Positions 1-10,797 of a stretch of 64,000 nt of DNA are shown piece by piece. How positions within the stretch are numbered: the first letter of the stretch is position 1; the number at the start of each line of letters is the position of its first letter. The translations under genes and the position numbers were made by a program. Source of the stretch: an uncultured Gemmatimonadaceae bacterium (GTDB lineage: Bacteria; Gemmatimonadota; Gemmatimonadetes; Gemmatimonadales; Gemmatimonadaceae); contig CAWJMB010000002.1 in assembly GCA_963843845.1 (NCBI GenBank), positions 3,296,001 through 3,360,000 on the forward strand. The letters are read 5' to 3'. The notes beneath the pieces were generated by a model, which worked only from the letters and a program-made list of their open reading frames with translations, was not told the origin of the DNA and searched no databases.

Positions 1-1574
1 GACTTCTACGGCGCGATGGACGGCTCGTCGAAGTTCGTGAAGGGCGACGCGATCGCCGGCACTGCTCATCACGGCGATCAACATCGTCGGCGGCATCTTC
101 ATCGGCGTCATCCAGCGCGGCATGCCGATCGGCGAAGGCGGCGGCGACGTACACGATCCTCACGGTCGGCGACGGGCTCGTGTCGCAGGTGCCGGCGCTC
201 ATCATCGAGCACCGCGGCCGGCCTCATGGTCACGCGCCGCCGGGCAGGACGAGCCGCATCGGCGACGGTCATCAGCCGGCCAGCTCGGCGCGCACCCGCG
301 CGCGATGTACATGACGGCCGGCGTGCTCGCGGTCGTTCGCGCTCGTGCCCGGGCCTGCCGATGTTCCCGTTCCTCGCGCTCGCCGCGCGGCGCCGCGCGC
401 GCTCGGCCGCGCTGTCGCAGCAAGGCCGACGGCGCGCCGCGTCGTCGACGCGCGCAGCCGGTCGAGGTGCCGCCGGTCGAGCCGCCGGCCGCCGCCCGAC
501 CCGATGAAGGACCTGCTGCAGATCGATCCGATCGAGCTCGAAGTCGGCTACGCGCTGATCCCGCTCGTCGACGAGCGGCAGGGCGGCGACCTGCTCGAGC
601 GCATCTCGCTGCTCCGCAAGCAGAGCGCGCTGGAGCTGGGCATCCTCATCCCGCCCATCCGCATCCGCGACGACATCCGCCTGCCGAGCAACGAGTACGT
701 CATCAAGCTGCGCGGCAGCGAGATCGCGCGCGCCGAGGTGATGCCGCGCTTCCTCATGGCGCTCGATACCGGCGGCGTGCGTGCAGGAGATCGACGGCAT
801 GGACACGATCGACCCGTCGTTCGGCATGCCCGCGAAGTGGATCGCCGTCGACGCGCCGCAGCGGAGGCCGAGTCGTGCGGCTACGTCGTCGTCGAGCCGA
901 CCACGGTCGTCGCCACGCACCTCATCGAGGTGCTCAAGGCGAACGCCGCCGAGCTGCTCGGCCGCCAGGACGTGCAGGAGATGGTCGAGACGCTCAAGAA
1001 GACGCACCCCGCGCTCGTCGAGGAGGTGATGCCCGGCAAGGTGTCGCTCGGCGTGCTGCACCGCGTGCTGCAGCGCCTGCTGCAGCGAGCGCGTGCCCGA
1101 TCCGCGACCTCGTCACGATCCTCGAGGCGATCGGCGACGCCGCCGAGCAGACGAAGGATCCGGAGCTGCTCATGCGAGCACGCGCGCCGCGCGCTGTCGA
1201 ACGTCATCGCGCGGCTGTACGCCGACGGCGACGGGCGCCGTGCAGCGGCATCACGATCGGGCCGCGAGCTCGAGCAGGCGCTCACCGGCCTGTTCAGCCC
1301 GCGCCAGCAGCACGCGGCGGCGGCGGCGCGCGATGGGCTGCTCACGCCCGACGGCGCTCGCCGGGCTGCTGCGCGACCTCAACCACCTCGCGACCGACGT
1401 CGTCCATCGACGGCCGCCCGCTGCCGCTCATCACGCCGCCGAGCCTGCGCATCGGCGTGCGCCGCCTGATCGAGCCCGTGCTGCCCGCGCTCCCCGTCGT
1501 CTCGCTCGCCGAGCTGCCGCCGAGCGTCACGCTGCAGAGCGCCGGGCATCTGGGAGATGGCGTATGCGTCGTGA
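1..1574 (+). CDS. flhA: Flagellar export gate protein FlhA, 5'-truncated by the window edge, with multiple frameshifts
   Basis: DFYGAMDGSSKFVKGDAIAG signature at the window start. Segments DPIELEVGYALIPLVD, LGILIPPIRIRDD, VVATHLIEV, ELLGRQDVQ and LPVVSLAELP lie in different frames. Confidence 0.95.
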
Positions 1575-2415
1575 CATCCCCCGCCGCCGCTTCCGCGGCC
1601 GCGAGCTCTCCGTCGTCGCCACCGAGGCGCGCCGCGTGCTCGGCGACGACGCGGTGGTGCTGGGCACGACGCGGACGCCGAACGCGAGCGCAGGTCGAGA
1701 TCGTCGCGGCCGCGGCGCGGCGACGTGGCGCGGTTCGAGGGACGGATCACGCCGAGATCGGCGAGCGGGGATCGGGGAGCGGGGAGCGCGGAGCTCGCCG
1801 AGCGACCCTCGTTCCCCGCTCCCCGATCCCCGGCCGTGGACGTGGCGCTGGTCGGCCCGACGGGCGCCGGCAAGACGACCACGGCGATCAAGCTGGCCGT
1901 GCACGCCGACGCGTTCGCCGGCCGCAGGGTCGGCCTCGTCACCCTCGACACGTACCGCGCCGGCGCCGTCGCGCAGCTCGAGACTACGCGCGCGTGGCCG
2001 GGCTGCCCATGGAAGTCGTGTACGACGCGAGCGACGTCGCGCCCGCCGTGCAGCGCCTCGCCGACTGCGACGTCGTCATCGTCGACACGCCGGGCCGGGC
2101 CCGGGCCGAGTCGTGCGAGCGAGTGGCGCGCGCTGCTCGACGCGATCGCGCCCGACGAGACGCATCTCGTGATCCCCGCGACGCTGCGCCCCGACGTCGC
2201 CGACGCCGTGCGCGACGCGGTGCCGAACGCCTCGCACGCGCTGCTCACGAAGCTCGACGAAGTGCCGAGCGAGCGCCGGCGTCGCGGACCTCGCGGCGCG
2301 GCTCGACCTGCCGGTGCGGTGGGTCGCCGACGGGCAGCAGATCCCGACCGACCTCGCGGCCGGTGTGCCGCGCCTCATGCAGTCGCTCGCCGCCGGTCCG
2401 GAGTCGTGGGCGTGA
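1564..2415 (+). CDS. flhF: SRP-family GTPase FlhF, short form, frameshifted
   Basis: N-terminal 'RFRGRELSVVATEARRVLGDDAVVL', P-loop GPTGAGKTT, DTYRAGA, DTPG, TKLDE and GQQIPTDL; directly after flhA. Confidence 0.9.
1753..1832. repeat. Heptamer-based inverted repeat (GGGGAKC)n...(GNTCCCC)n inside flhF
   Basis: ggggatc-ggggagc-ggggagc (1767-1787) mirrored by gttcccc-gctcccc-gatcccc (1811-1831). Confidence 0.8.
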
Positions 2416-3417
2416 GCGACCAGCTCGACGCCCTGCGCGCGTACGTCGGCACGCGGCCGGCCGGCCCGGTCGGCGCCGGCGCGGCGGGCACCGCGCACCG
2501 CGGCGCGGCCGCCGACGTCTGCGTCGTCGGGAGCGGCAAGGGCGGCAGCGGCACGTCGGTCGTCGCCACGCTCGTCGCGCTCGCCGCCGCGTCGCTCGGC
2601 AGGCGCGCGCTGCTCGTCGACGCCGACCCGCTCGTCGGGCCGCTCGCGCCATCTGTTAGGCACGCACGCCGGCCGCGTCGCTCGCCGACCTGCGCGGCAC
2701 GGCGTTCCGCTCGAGCGCATCGTGACGCCGGTGAGCGCGACGCTGTCGCTCGTCGCCGGCGGTCCGACGCTCGCGGGCGGAGCCGCCGCGACGAGTGTCG
2801 GCACCGTCGACGCCGCGGAACAGCGATTGTTGCTGCGGACGCCTCGGAACGCATTACCCGGCGTACGACTTGATCGTCATTGACGGCGGATCGCGGCTCG
2901 ACTCGGTGTGCGCGTGCTGCGACACCGGCGGACCGCTCCCCGCTCGACTGCTCGTCGTCGCCGGCACCGACCCGATCGCGCTCGCCGCGAGCTACGCGCT
3001 CGTGAAGGCGGTCGGACTCGCGACGGCGCAGCGCCCTGGTGGACCCGTGTCGTCGGAGGTCGTCGTGAATCGGCAGAACGAAGAAGAGGCACGGCACGGC
3101 TTCGCGCAGATCGAGAGCGCGGCGCGCGAGTTCCTCGGCGCTCACGATCCGCGCTCGCCGGGATCGCTGCCCGACGACGCCGTCGCTCGCACGCCGCGCT
3201 GCGCGCCGGGATGCCGCTGCAGGACGCCGCCGCCGGCTCCCCCGCCGCCGTCGCGACGCACACGATCGCCGAACGCCTGATCGCCTCGCTCGCCCAGCCG
3301 CCCTCGCTCGACCCGCGCTCCCGATCTCACTCGCCCCGCCCCGTGAGCAGCTCTCTCCGCGCGACCCCCCGCTCGTCCCTCCTCTCTTCGGCTCCGCTGC
3401 TCGGAGCGACGCGATGA
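2412..3417 (+). CDS. flhG: MinD/ParA-family flagellar ATPase FlhG/FleN-like, frameshifted
   Basis: 'SDQLDALR' N-terminus, deviant Walker A GSGKGGSGTS, LLVDAD, YDLIVIDGG, SYALVK, VVVN; lies between flhF and fliA. Confidence 0.8.
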
Positions 3418-4254
3418 CCCTCCCGTTCACACCCCGCCGTCCCGCCTCGACCGCCCGCACGAACGCGGCGCCGACCGCCGAGGCACGCGCCGACGCGCAG
3501 CAGGCGCTCTGGGCGCGCTTCGCCGCCGGCGACCCGGTCGCCCGCGATCGGCTGCTCACCGAGCACCTCGGCCTCGTGCACCACGTCGCGCGGCAGATGT
3601 CGCGCACGCTCGCCGTGAAGGCGGACTTCGACGAGCTGGTGAGCGCCGGGACGATGGGACTGATGGCCGCGCTCGAGTCGTTCGACGCGTCGCGCGGACT
3701 CGCGTTCAGCACGTTCGCCGCGCCGCGCATCCGCGGCTCGATCCTCGACGAGCTGCGCCGCCAGGACCACGTGCCGCGCTCGATCCGCCGCAAGTCGCGC
3801 GAGATCGCCGCGGCGCGCGAGTCGCTGATGCGCGTGCTCGGCCGCGCGCCGGAGGACAAGGAAGTCGCCGAGCACCTCGGCGTCGACCTCGACACGCTGT
3901 GGCGCTGGCAGGGCGACATCGAGGGCGCGCACCACGTCCCGATCGACCGCGCGCCGGGCGACCGCGAGGCGCAGGCGCCGACGCCGCTCGACCTGCTCTC
4001 CGCCGACGAGGAAGGCGGCGGGGTCGAGGAGCGCGTGAACCACGAGCAGGAGGTCGCGATCCTGCGCGAGGCGATCACTGCGGCTCAAGGAGCAGGAGCG
4101 CGTCGTGCTGTCGCTCTACTACTTCGAGGAGCTCAAGCTGCACGAGATCGCGACGGTGCTCGAGCTCACCGAGTCGCGCGTGTCGCAGATCCGCTCGAAG
4201 GCGTTAGGCAAGCTGCGCGGCGAGCTGAAGCCGCTGCGCGAGCGGGTCGCGTGA
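3414..4254 (+). CDS. fliA: Flagellar sigma factor sigma28 (FliA/WhiG), one frameshift near 4080
   Basis: ELVSAGTMGLMAALESFD, FSTFAAPRIRGSILDELRRQDHVPRSIR; region 4 'LYYFEELKLHEIATVLELTESRVSQIRSKA' in the shifted frame. Confidence 0.95.
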
Positions 4255-4310
4255 TCGCGGAGCGCGTGATCGCGGAGCGCGTGATCGCGGGGCGCGTGAT
4301 CGCGGCACGC
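4251..4310 (+). repeat. 15-bp tandem repeat GTGATCGCGGNNCGC x4
   Basis: Seen directly; encodes VIAER-VIAER-VIAGR-VIAAR, and each unit repeats the GTGA stop/start overlap sequence. Confidence 0.85.
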
Positions 4311-4781
4311 GCGACGCGGCTCGATTCGCCGACGGCGCGCGCGCTGCTCGGCGCGTCGGCGGCGATGACGGTCGGGCTCGCGATCGGCGGGCTCGCCCGC
4401 GCGGCGCGCGCCGGCGGGGGCACGCCAGCGGACGGCGTCGGAGCGCTCGTGGCACGCAGCGCGCCGGCGCAGCTCGCCGCCGCGCTCGTGTCGGCGGCCA
4501 CGTCGCTGTCGCACCGGTATGCGACACGGCAGACGATCGCGGTCGCGCTGCTCGCCCTCGTGATCGTCGTCGCGCTCGGCGCGGCGCTGCGCGCGGTGAC
4601 GCTCTGGAGGCGCGAGCGGCGAACGTCGCCGCGTCCGACGATGCGTTTCACGCTGCGGCGCTGGGTGTCGGCCGGTTCGGGCGAGCTGCTGGTCGCGAGC
4701 GAGGCGCATCCGGCGGACGTCGCGCGGCGCACGGGGCTGTCGCGAGACGCGATCGCGCTGGCGGCGCACCTGCGAGGCTGA
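4251..4781 (+). CDS. Hypothetical membrane protein with C-terminal HTH-like segment
   Basis: GTG start overlaps the fliA stop; hydrophobic stretch IAVALLALVIVVALGAAL; C-terminal 'PADVARRTGLSRDAIAL'. Confidence 0.55.
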   Translation: MIAERVIAERVIAGRVIAARATRLDSPTARALLGASAAMTVGLAIGGLARAARAGGGTPADGVGALVARSAPAQLAAALVSAATSLSHRYATRQTIAVALLALVIVVALGAALRAVTLWRRERRTSPRPTMRFTLRRWVSAGSGELLVASEAHPADVARRTGLSRDAIALAAHLRG

Positions 4782-4811
4782 CCCCTAGCCGGCGTCGTCA
4801 CGCGCCGCAGG

Positions 4812-7265
4812 TCATGAGCGGCGCAGCAACGCCGCCGCGTCGACGGCGGCCGCGCGGCGCGCCGGCACCCACGCCGCGAGCACCGTCGCGCCGAGCAGCG
4901 TCGCGGCGACGGCGAGGAACGGGAGCGGCGTGAATGGCGACGCGCCGTTCATCACTCTGCCCAACGCCGCGCCGACGCCCGCCGCGAGCGCCACGCCGAT
5001 CGCGACGCCCGTCCCCGCCAGCCGCCCCGCGTCGCCGAGCACGAGCCGCATCACGTCCGCCCGCGACGCGCCTAACGCGTATCGGACGCCGAACTCGCGC
5101 CGCCGCGCGGAGACGAGATACGACACGATCGCGTAGACGCCGGCGAGTGCGAGGGCGAACGCGACCCCGGCGAGCGCGCCGACTCCCACCGCCGTGGATC
5201 GCATCGGACGCATCGCGGCGTCGAGCAGCGTGTCCGACGTCGTGATCGTCGGCGGCGGCAGCGTCGGGTCCGCGTCCTGGACCGCGCGGCGCATCGCATC
5301 GCGCAGCGCCGCAGCGTTGTCGGCGGTGCCGCGCGCGTAGACGGCGACGCGCCCGCCGACGCTCCGCCCCGGCACGAACACCGTCGGCTCGACGTCGCCG
5401 TCGACGCGCATGCGCACGTCGCCGACGACGGCCGCGACCGTCCACGCCCGCGCGTCTCGGCCGTCGCCCAGCCGCAGCGTGCGGCCGACCGCCCGGACGC
5501 CCGGCCACAGGGAGCGCGCGAGCGTCTGCGTGACGGCGACACCGTCGCTCCCGGGAGCGACGGCGCCGTCGCGCACGTCCATCCCCGAGGCGCGAAAGAA
5601 GTCGCCGGCGACCGCGACGCGCTTCACCCACGCCGCGCGACCGACGCCGGCATCACCGACGCCGCCGGCGCTCGCGCGCTCGTCGGGCGCCGACTCGAGC
5701 GGCACGAGCGACGCGGCGCCGGCCGCGGCGACGCCGGGAAGTCCGCCGACGCGCTCGAGCACACGCTGCTCGATCGCCGCGGCCCGCGCCGCGCCGTAGC
5801 CGGCCGCGTCGAAATCGAGCACCGTCATCGCGACGCCCCGCTCCGCGAAGCCGAGCGCCGCGCGACGCCGGGCGCGCACGCCGGCGAGGAGGAGCACGCA
5901 CGTGACGAGCAGCACGACCGACGCGGCGACCTGCCCGACGACGAGCGCCCGCCGCAGTCGCGGTCGCGTCGCCCCCGCCGGCGACTCGTCCTTCAACGCC
6001 GTCACGAGCTCCGGCCGCGTCGCGCGCCACGCCGGCGCGAGACCGACGCCGACCGTCGCGAGCAGCACGGCGCCCGTCGTGAACGCGAGGAGTCGTCCGT
6101 CGACCACCCCGCCGGCCGGGAGCGCGACCCCCGCGATTCGCAGGACGTGCGGCATCCCGAGCGTGAGCAGCAGCGCCCCGACACCGCCGAACGCGGCGAG
6201 CAGCGCCGACTCCGTGAGCAGTTGCCGCAGCAACCGTCCGCGCGACGCCCCGAGCGCGATCCGCGTCGCGACTTCGCCGGACCGCTGCGCGGCGCGCGCC
6301 AACTGCAGACTCGCGAGGTTCGCGCACGCGGTGGCGAGCACGACGAGCGGCACGGCGAGCGCGAGCCCGAACGCCGCGAGGAGCGTCGCGTTCGTGTCGT
6401 TCGGCCCGCGCCCGAGCGCCGTCACCCGGATCGTCGTCGCCGCCCGGTCGCGCGGCAGTCGCTCGGCGAGCGCGCGGGCGGCGGCGGCCAGGCGCGCGTC
6501 GCGCTGCGCGTCGGTCAGCCCGGGGCGTACGCGCGCGACGACCCGTACGACGGTCGACTCGGTGCGCGTCGCGACGTTAGGCAGCAGCGCGGGGAGCATC
6601 GCCGCCGGAAGCCACACGTCCGGCCCCGACGGTCCGCGCCCGCGCAGCACGTCCGGCGCGCGCGCGCCGTGAAAGCCCGCCGCGGCGACGCCGACCACCG
6701 TGAGCGGCTGCCCGTTCACGACGATCCGGGTGCCTAACGCGTCCGGTCGGCCGCCGAGCCGCGCGGCCCAGAAGGCGTGGCTCACGACCGCGACCGGCGA
6801 CGGGGCTCGCCCTCGCTCGTCGACCGCGAAGAAGCGTCCCAGCGCCGGCCGCGAGCCGAGCACCGCGAAGTAATCGTCGGCGACCAGCTCGGCCGACGCG
6901 GTGTGGACGTCGCCGGTCGCGGCGTCGCGGAACGAGACGCCCGTCGTCGTCGACGCCGTGAGCGTCGCGACGCCAGCCACGCGCTCGCGAAGCTCGCGAT
7001 ACTCGCCGAGCGTCACGGGGTCGGGGACCGTGGCCGACTCCGCGCGGTGCGCGAGGTGCAGGGAGCGAAGCGTCGGGGCGTCGGCGACGCCGGGCACCGG
7101 TCGCAGCGCGATCGCCGCGATCGCCCCGAACGCCGCGGTGTTCACGCCGATACCGACCGCCAGACAGCTGATCGCGACGGCGGTGAACGCGGGCGCGCGC
7201 CGCAGGTGGCGGACGGCGTAGCGAACATCCTGGTGCAGCGCGCCGACTACGACACTCGCGTGCAT
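4812..7265 (-). CDS. ADOP-type duplicated ABC permease (MacB/FtsX domains)
   Basis: QDVRYAVRHLRRAPAFT, ACANLASLQLARA..R..EVATRIALGASRGRLLRQLLTES, RRREFGVRYALGA, PARRAA; intact 817 aa. Confidence 0.92.
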   Translation of the reverse strand: MHASVVVGALHQDVRYAVRHLRRAPAFTAVAISCLAVGIGVNTAAFGAIAAIALRPVPGVADAPTLRSLHLAHRAESATVPDPVTLGEYRELRERVAGVATLTASTTTGVSFRDAATGDVHTASAELVADDYFAVLGSRPALGRFFAVDERGRAPSPVAVVSHAFWAARLGGRPDALGTRIVVNGQPLTVVGVAAAGFHGARAPDVLRGRGPSGPDVWLPAAMLPALLPNVATRTESTVVRVVARVRPGLTDAQRDARLAAAARALAERLPRDRAATTIRVTALGRGPNDTNATLLAAFGLALAVPLVVLATACANLASLQLARAAQRSGEVATRIALGASRGRLLRQLLTESALLAAFGGVGALLLTLGMPHVLRIAGVALPAGGVVDGRLLAFTTGAVLLATVGVGLAPAWRATRPELVTALKDESPAGATRPRLRRALVVGQVAASVVLLVTCVLLLAGVRARRRAALGFAERGVAMTVLDFDAAGYGAARAAAIEQRVLERVGGLPGVAAAGAASLVPLESAPDERASAGGVGDAGVGRAAWVKRVAVAGDFFRASGMDVRDGAVAPGSDGVAVTQTLARSLWPGVRAVGRTLRLGDGRDARAWTVAAVVGDVRMRVDGDVEPTVFVPGRSVGGRVAVYARGTADNAAALRDAMRRAVQDADPTLPPPTITTSDTLLDAAMRPMRSTAVGVGALAGVAFALALAGVYAIVSYLVSARRREFGVRYALGASRADVMRLVLGDAGRLAGTGVAIGVALAAGVGAALGRVMNGASPFTPLPFLAVAATLLGATVLAAWVPARRAAAVDAAALLRRS

Positions 7266-7328
7266 GAAGACCTCGGCTCGTTCCGTTGGCGGCTCCGTAC
7301 GGCAGCGAGTTCCAAAAGGATTCCGCGA

Positions 7329-8504
7329 CTATCTCATGACCGACTCGAGGAACGCGACGACGAGGCGCAGCGCCGCCTGCGCCGCCGCCCCGCCCTCCGC
7401 GAAGTCGAACCCGTGCTCGGCGAACGGCAACTCCACGTGGACGACGTCGTTGCCCGCCCGGCGCAGCGCCGCCGCCGCGTCGCGCCCGAACTCGGGCTTC
7501 ACGACGTGATCGCCGCCGGCGTAGACGAGCAGCGTCGGCGGCAGCCCCGCGCGCACGAACGACGACGGCGAGGCGTCGCGGTAGACGGCCGGGACGGCGT
7601 CAGGCGCGCCGCCGGTGAGCGCGCGCAGAGCGGCACGCGCGTCGATCGGATCGGGGCGCGGCAGGTCCGTGTAGCCGCGCACGAGATCGTACGGGCTGTA
7701 GAACGAGATGACGCCGCGAACGCGAACGCCTGACGCGCCGTCGCTCGGGTGCCACGCCGCGAGCGTCGCGAGATGGCCGCCCGACGAGCGCCCCCAGAGC
7801 ACGACGCGTGTCGTGTCGATCCCCCACGCCGCCGACGAGTCGGCGAGCAGCGCGAGTCCCCCCCGCACGTCGAGCCATTGCGCCGGATGCCGCGCCGCCG
7901 GCGCGTGCCGGTAGTCGAGCGCGACGACCGTGTAGCCGAGCCCCGCGATCCAGCGGTTCGTCGCGGCGAACTGCGTCGCGACGCCGCGCTGCCACGCGCC
8001 GCCGTAGATCACCACGACCGCCGGACACGCGGCGGCGCAGCGCGCGGGAACGCGGAACAGCCGCCCCGTGAGCGGCGATCCGTCGGCCGCCGAGTAGCGC
8101 ACGGCGCGCTCGACGAGACCGGTCGGTGCCGGCGGTCCGGTGAGCGGGCCGGTCACCGCGTTCGGCAACGCCGCACTCCCGCGCGCCGCTCCGCCGCGCG
8201 CCGTCGCGCCGAGCGCCGTGGCGGCGCGCTCTGCCGGCCGACGCGCCGCGAGCGCCGGCATCACGGCGAGCAGCGCGGTGCCGAACGCGACTGCGACGAG
8301 CCAGCGACGCCGTCCACGCGTGACGACCATCGCGAGCGCGGCGAGCAGCGGCGCCGCGAGCGCGATCGCCGGGCCGAGCGCGGCGAGCGCGATGCGGGCA
8401 GCGAGCAGCGCGTACGTCCACGGCGGCACGACGAGCGGCACGAGCGCCGCGCCGAGCGGCACGACGACCAGCCAGGTCGAGATCATGTGGCGGGCGCGGG
8501 TCAC
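7329..8504 (-). CDS. Membrane-anchored alpha/beta hydrolase (esterase/lipase)
   Basis: N-terminal TM helices, YGGAW oxyanion-like motif, G-R-S-S-G nucleophile elbow, D and HGF catalytic region. Confidence 0.88.
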   Translation of the reverse strand: MTRARHMISTWLVVVPLGAALVPLVVPPWTYALLAARIALAALGPAIALAAPLLAALAMVVTRGRRRWLVAVAFGTALLAVMPALAARRPAERAATALGATARGGAARGSAALPNAVTGPLTGPPAPTGLVERAVRYSAADGSPLTGRLFRVPARCAAACPAVVVIYGGAWQRGVATQFAATNRWIAGLGYTVVALDYRHAPAARHPAQWLDVRGGLALLADSSAAWGIDTTRVVLWGRSSGGHLATLAAWHPSDGASGVRVRGVISFYSPYDLVRGYTDLPRPDPIDARAALRALTGGAPDAVPAVYRDASPSSFVRAGLPPTLLVYAGGDHVVKPEFGRDAAAALRRAGNDVVHVELPFAEHGFDFAEGGAAAQAALRLVVAFLESVMR

Positions 8505-8575
8505 GCGGCAACTCTCGCCGTTCCGGCAAGAAATGCCGCGCCCGTCGAACGACGGCTTCGTCGCATGGAGTTCTG

Positions 8576-8643
8576 TAAGTGATTGAAGTGAAACTACTTA
8601 ATCGGACACGACCGGGATCGCCGGGGACGGTCCGCGCGTTGCC
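8576..8643 (+). promoter_or_regulatory. Putative sigma54 promoter with upstream AT-rich IHF-like site for the flgF operon
   Basis: GG-N10-GC at 8629-8642 (cGGtccgcgcgttGCc). AT-rich taagtgattgaagtgaaactactta contains TCAA-N4-TTA on the minus strand. Confidence 0.5.
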
Positions 8644-8693
8644 TTCTGGGTGGCGCGCGGATCACACGAGCCGCTCCCTTCCCCGCCCACGAC

Positions 8694-9388
8694 ATGCCCA
8701 CCGGACTCTCCGCCGCCGCGAGCGCGCTCCGCTACTGGGAGCGCCGCCAGGAGATCGCGTCGAACAATCTCGCGAACGTCTCGACCGACGGCTTCAAGGG
8801 CGAGCGCGCGTTCGCCCGGATGCTCGGCGACGCGCTGCCCGTGGCGCAGAGCGCGACCGACCTGCGCGCCGGCGCGCTGCGCGAGACGCGGTCACCGCTC
8901 GACGTCGCGGTCGTCGGCGATGCGTTCCTCGTCGTCGACACGCCGAACGGCGAGCGCTTCACGCGCGGCGGCACGCTGCAGCTCGACGCCGAACCGCCGC
9001 CTCGTCGACGGCAGCGGGCATCCGGTGCTCGGCCGGCTCGGCGAGATCACGATGCCGCAGCGGCGCGTCGATCTCGATCACGACGAGCGGCGCGATCACC
9101 GTCGACGGGAAGTCGGTCGGCACGCTGCGCCTCGAGCAGGCGGGCCCGAACGCGGCGCTCGCGCACGAAGGGGGCACGCTCTTCGTCCCCGACGCCGGCC
9201 GCCACGCGGTCGCCGACCCCGCGCGCCACGTGCGCCAGGGCTTCGTCGAGGAGAGCAACGTGAACGCCGTCTCGTCGATGGTCGACATGATCGCCGTGCA
9301 GCGCGCGTACGCCTCCGTGCAGAAGGCGATCACGACGATCGACGCGGTGCGCGGCACGGCCGCGAGCGAACTCGGCAAGCCCGTCTGA
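8694..9388 (+). CDS. flgF: Flagellar basal-body rod protein FlgF, frameshifted
   Basis: QEIASNNLANVSTDGFK, SPLDVAVVGDAF, FTRGG, QGFVEESNVNAVSSMVDMI; precedes flgG. Confidence 0.88.
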
Positions 9389-9393
9389 CCGCC

Positions 9394-9462
9394 GGGGATC
9401 GGGGAGCGGGGATCGCGACTGCCATCCCGCCCCGACCCCCGATCCTCGATCCTCGATCCTCG
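9394..9462. repeat. Heptamer-based inverted repeat in the flgF-flgG spacer
   Basis: ggggatc-ggggagc-ggggatc followed by gatcctc x3. Confidence 0.8.
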
Positions 9463-9473
9463 CACTTCTCGTC

Positions 9474-10263
9474 ATGGACCCCGCCCTCCGCGCCGCCGCC
9501 AGCGGCATGATCGCGCAGCAGCTCCGCACCGAAGTCATCGCGAACAACCTCGCGAACGTGAACACGACCGGCTTCAAGCGCAGCCGCGCGAACTTCGAGG
9601 ACCTGCTCTATCAGACCGTGCAGGGCGCCGCCGTCATCGGACAGGCCGAGAGCCAGACGGCGCCCGCGATCCAGGTCGGGCGCGGCACGCGGCTCGCCGG
9701 CGTGCAGCGCATGCACGGGCAGGGCGCGCTCGAGACGACGAACCGCCCGCTCGACGTCGCGATCGAGGGCGAGGGCTTCTTCCAGGTCCAGGCGGCCGGC
9801 GGGCAGCTCGCCTACACGCGCGACGGCACCTTCCAGATCTCCGACCAGGGCGTGCTCGTCACGTCGCAGGGCTACGCGCTGCATCCCGAGCATCAAGGTC
9901 CCGAGCGACGCGACCGGCGTCACGATCTCCGCGGCGGGGATCGTCAGCGCGACCAGAGGCGCGTCGGCCACGCCGGAGGAGATCGGCCGCCTCGAGCTCG
10001 CGCGCTTCGCCAATCCCGCGGGGCTCCAGTCGCAGGGCGAGAACCTCTACGTCGCGACCGCGGCCTCCGGCGAGGCGGTGACCGGCTATCCGCAGGACGA
10101 AGGGATGGGCCGCATGGTGCAGGGCGCGCTCGAGGCGAGCAACGTCGAGATCGTGCAGGAGATGGTCGACATGATCACCGCCATGCGCGCGTACGAGATC
10201 AACTCGAAGGCGATCAAGAACAGCGAAGAGATGCTGGAGATCGCGAACAACCTGGTGCGATGA
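9474..10263 (+). CDS. flgG: Distal rod protein FlgG, frameshift near 9885
   Basis: ASGMIAQQ..VIANNLANVNTTGFKRSRANFEDLLYQ, YTRDGTF, QGALEASNVEIVQEMVDMITAMRAYEINSKAI. Confidence 0.95.
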
Positions 10264-10759
10264 CCGGTCGCTTCGCTCAGGGCGCCACGCGCCTGACGAT
10301 CGTCCGCGCGGTCGCCGCCGTCACCGCGTTCGCCGCCCTCGTCGCGTTCGCCGCACCCGCCGCGCCGCTCGTCGCGCAGCCGGGTGCGTCGACGTGCGTG
10401 CCGGTGGCGGCGCGTCCGATCCAGCGCGGACAGACACTCGCCGCCGACGACATCGCACCGCGCGGCGCGACCGCCTGCACGTCGCGCACGTCGCTCGTCG
10501 GCTTGTCGCACGCGCCGCATGATCGCCGCCGGCGAGCCGCTGCGCGAGCCGGCCGTCGCCGCGCCCGACGCGATCGTCGCGGGCCAGCCGGTCGCCGTCG
10601 TCTGGCGCGACGCGAACGTCGAGCTGCGGCTCGCCGGCACCGCGCCACCGCCGCCCCGCTCGGCGCGCGCGTCACCGTCCGCGTCGCCGACACACGCGCC
10701 CGCACGGCCGCCGCCTCGAAGGCGTCGCCGTCGCGCCGGGCGTCGTGCTCGTCCGCTGA
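10260..10759 (+). CDS. flgA: P-ring assembly chaperone FlgA, frameshifted
   Basis: Signal peptide, SAF-like 'PVAARPIQRGQTLAADD', 'IAAGEPL..PDAIVAGQPV'; between flgG and flgH. Confidence 0.8.
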
Positions 10760-10797
10760 CGCGTCATTCGTTGAACCCGCATCGTGCCGACGCCTCC

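Noticed and set aside
4204..4209. TTAGGC as nematode-type telomeric repeat or eukaryotic contamination
   Set aside because: Copies are single, dispersed and in frame within bacterial genes, never tandem.
8527..8543. Minus-strand sigma54 promoter for the esterase gene
   Set aside because: TTGC is present, but no GG lies at the required 10-nt spacing.
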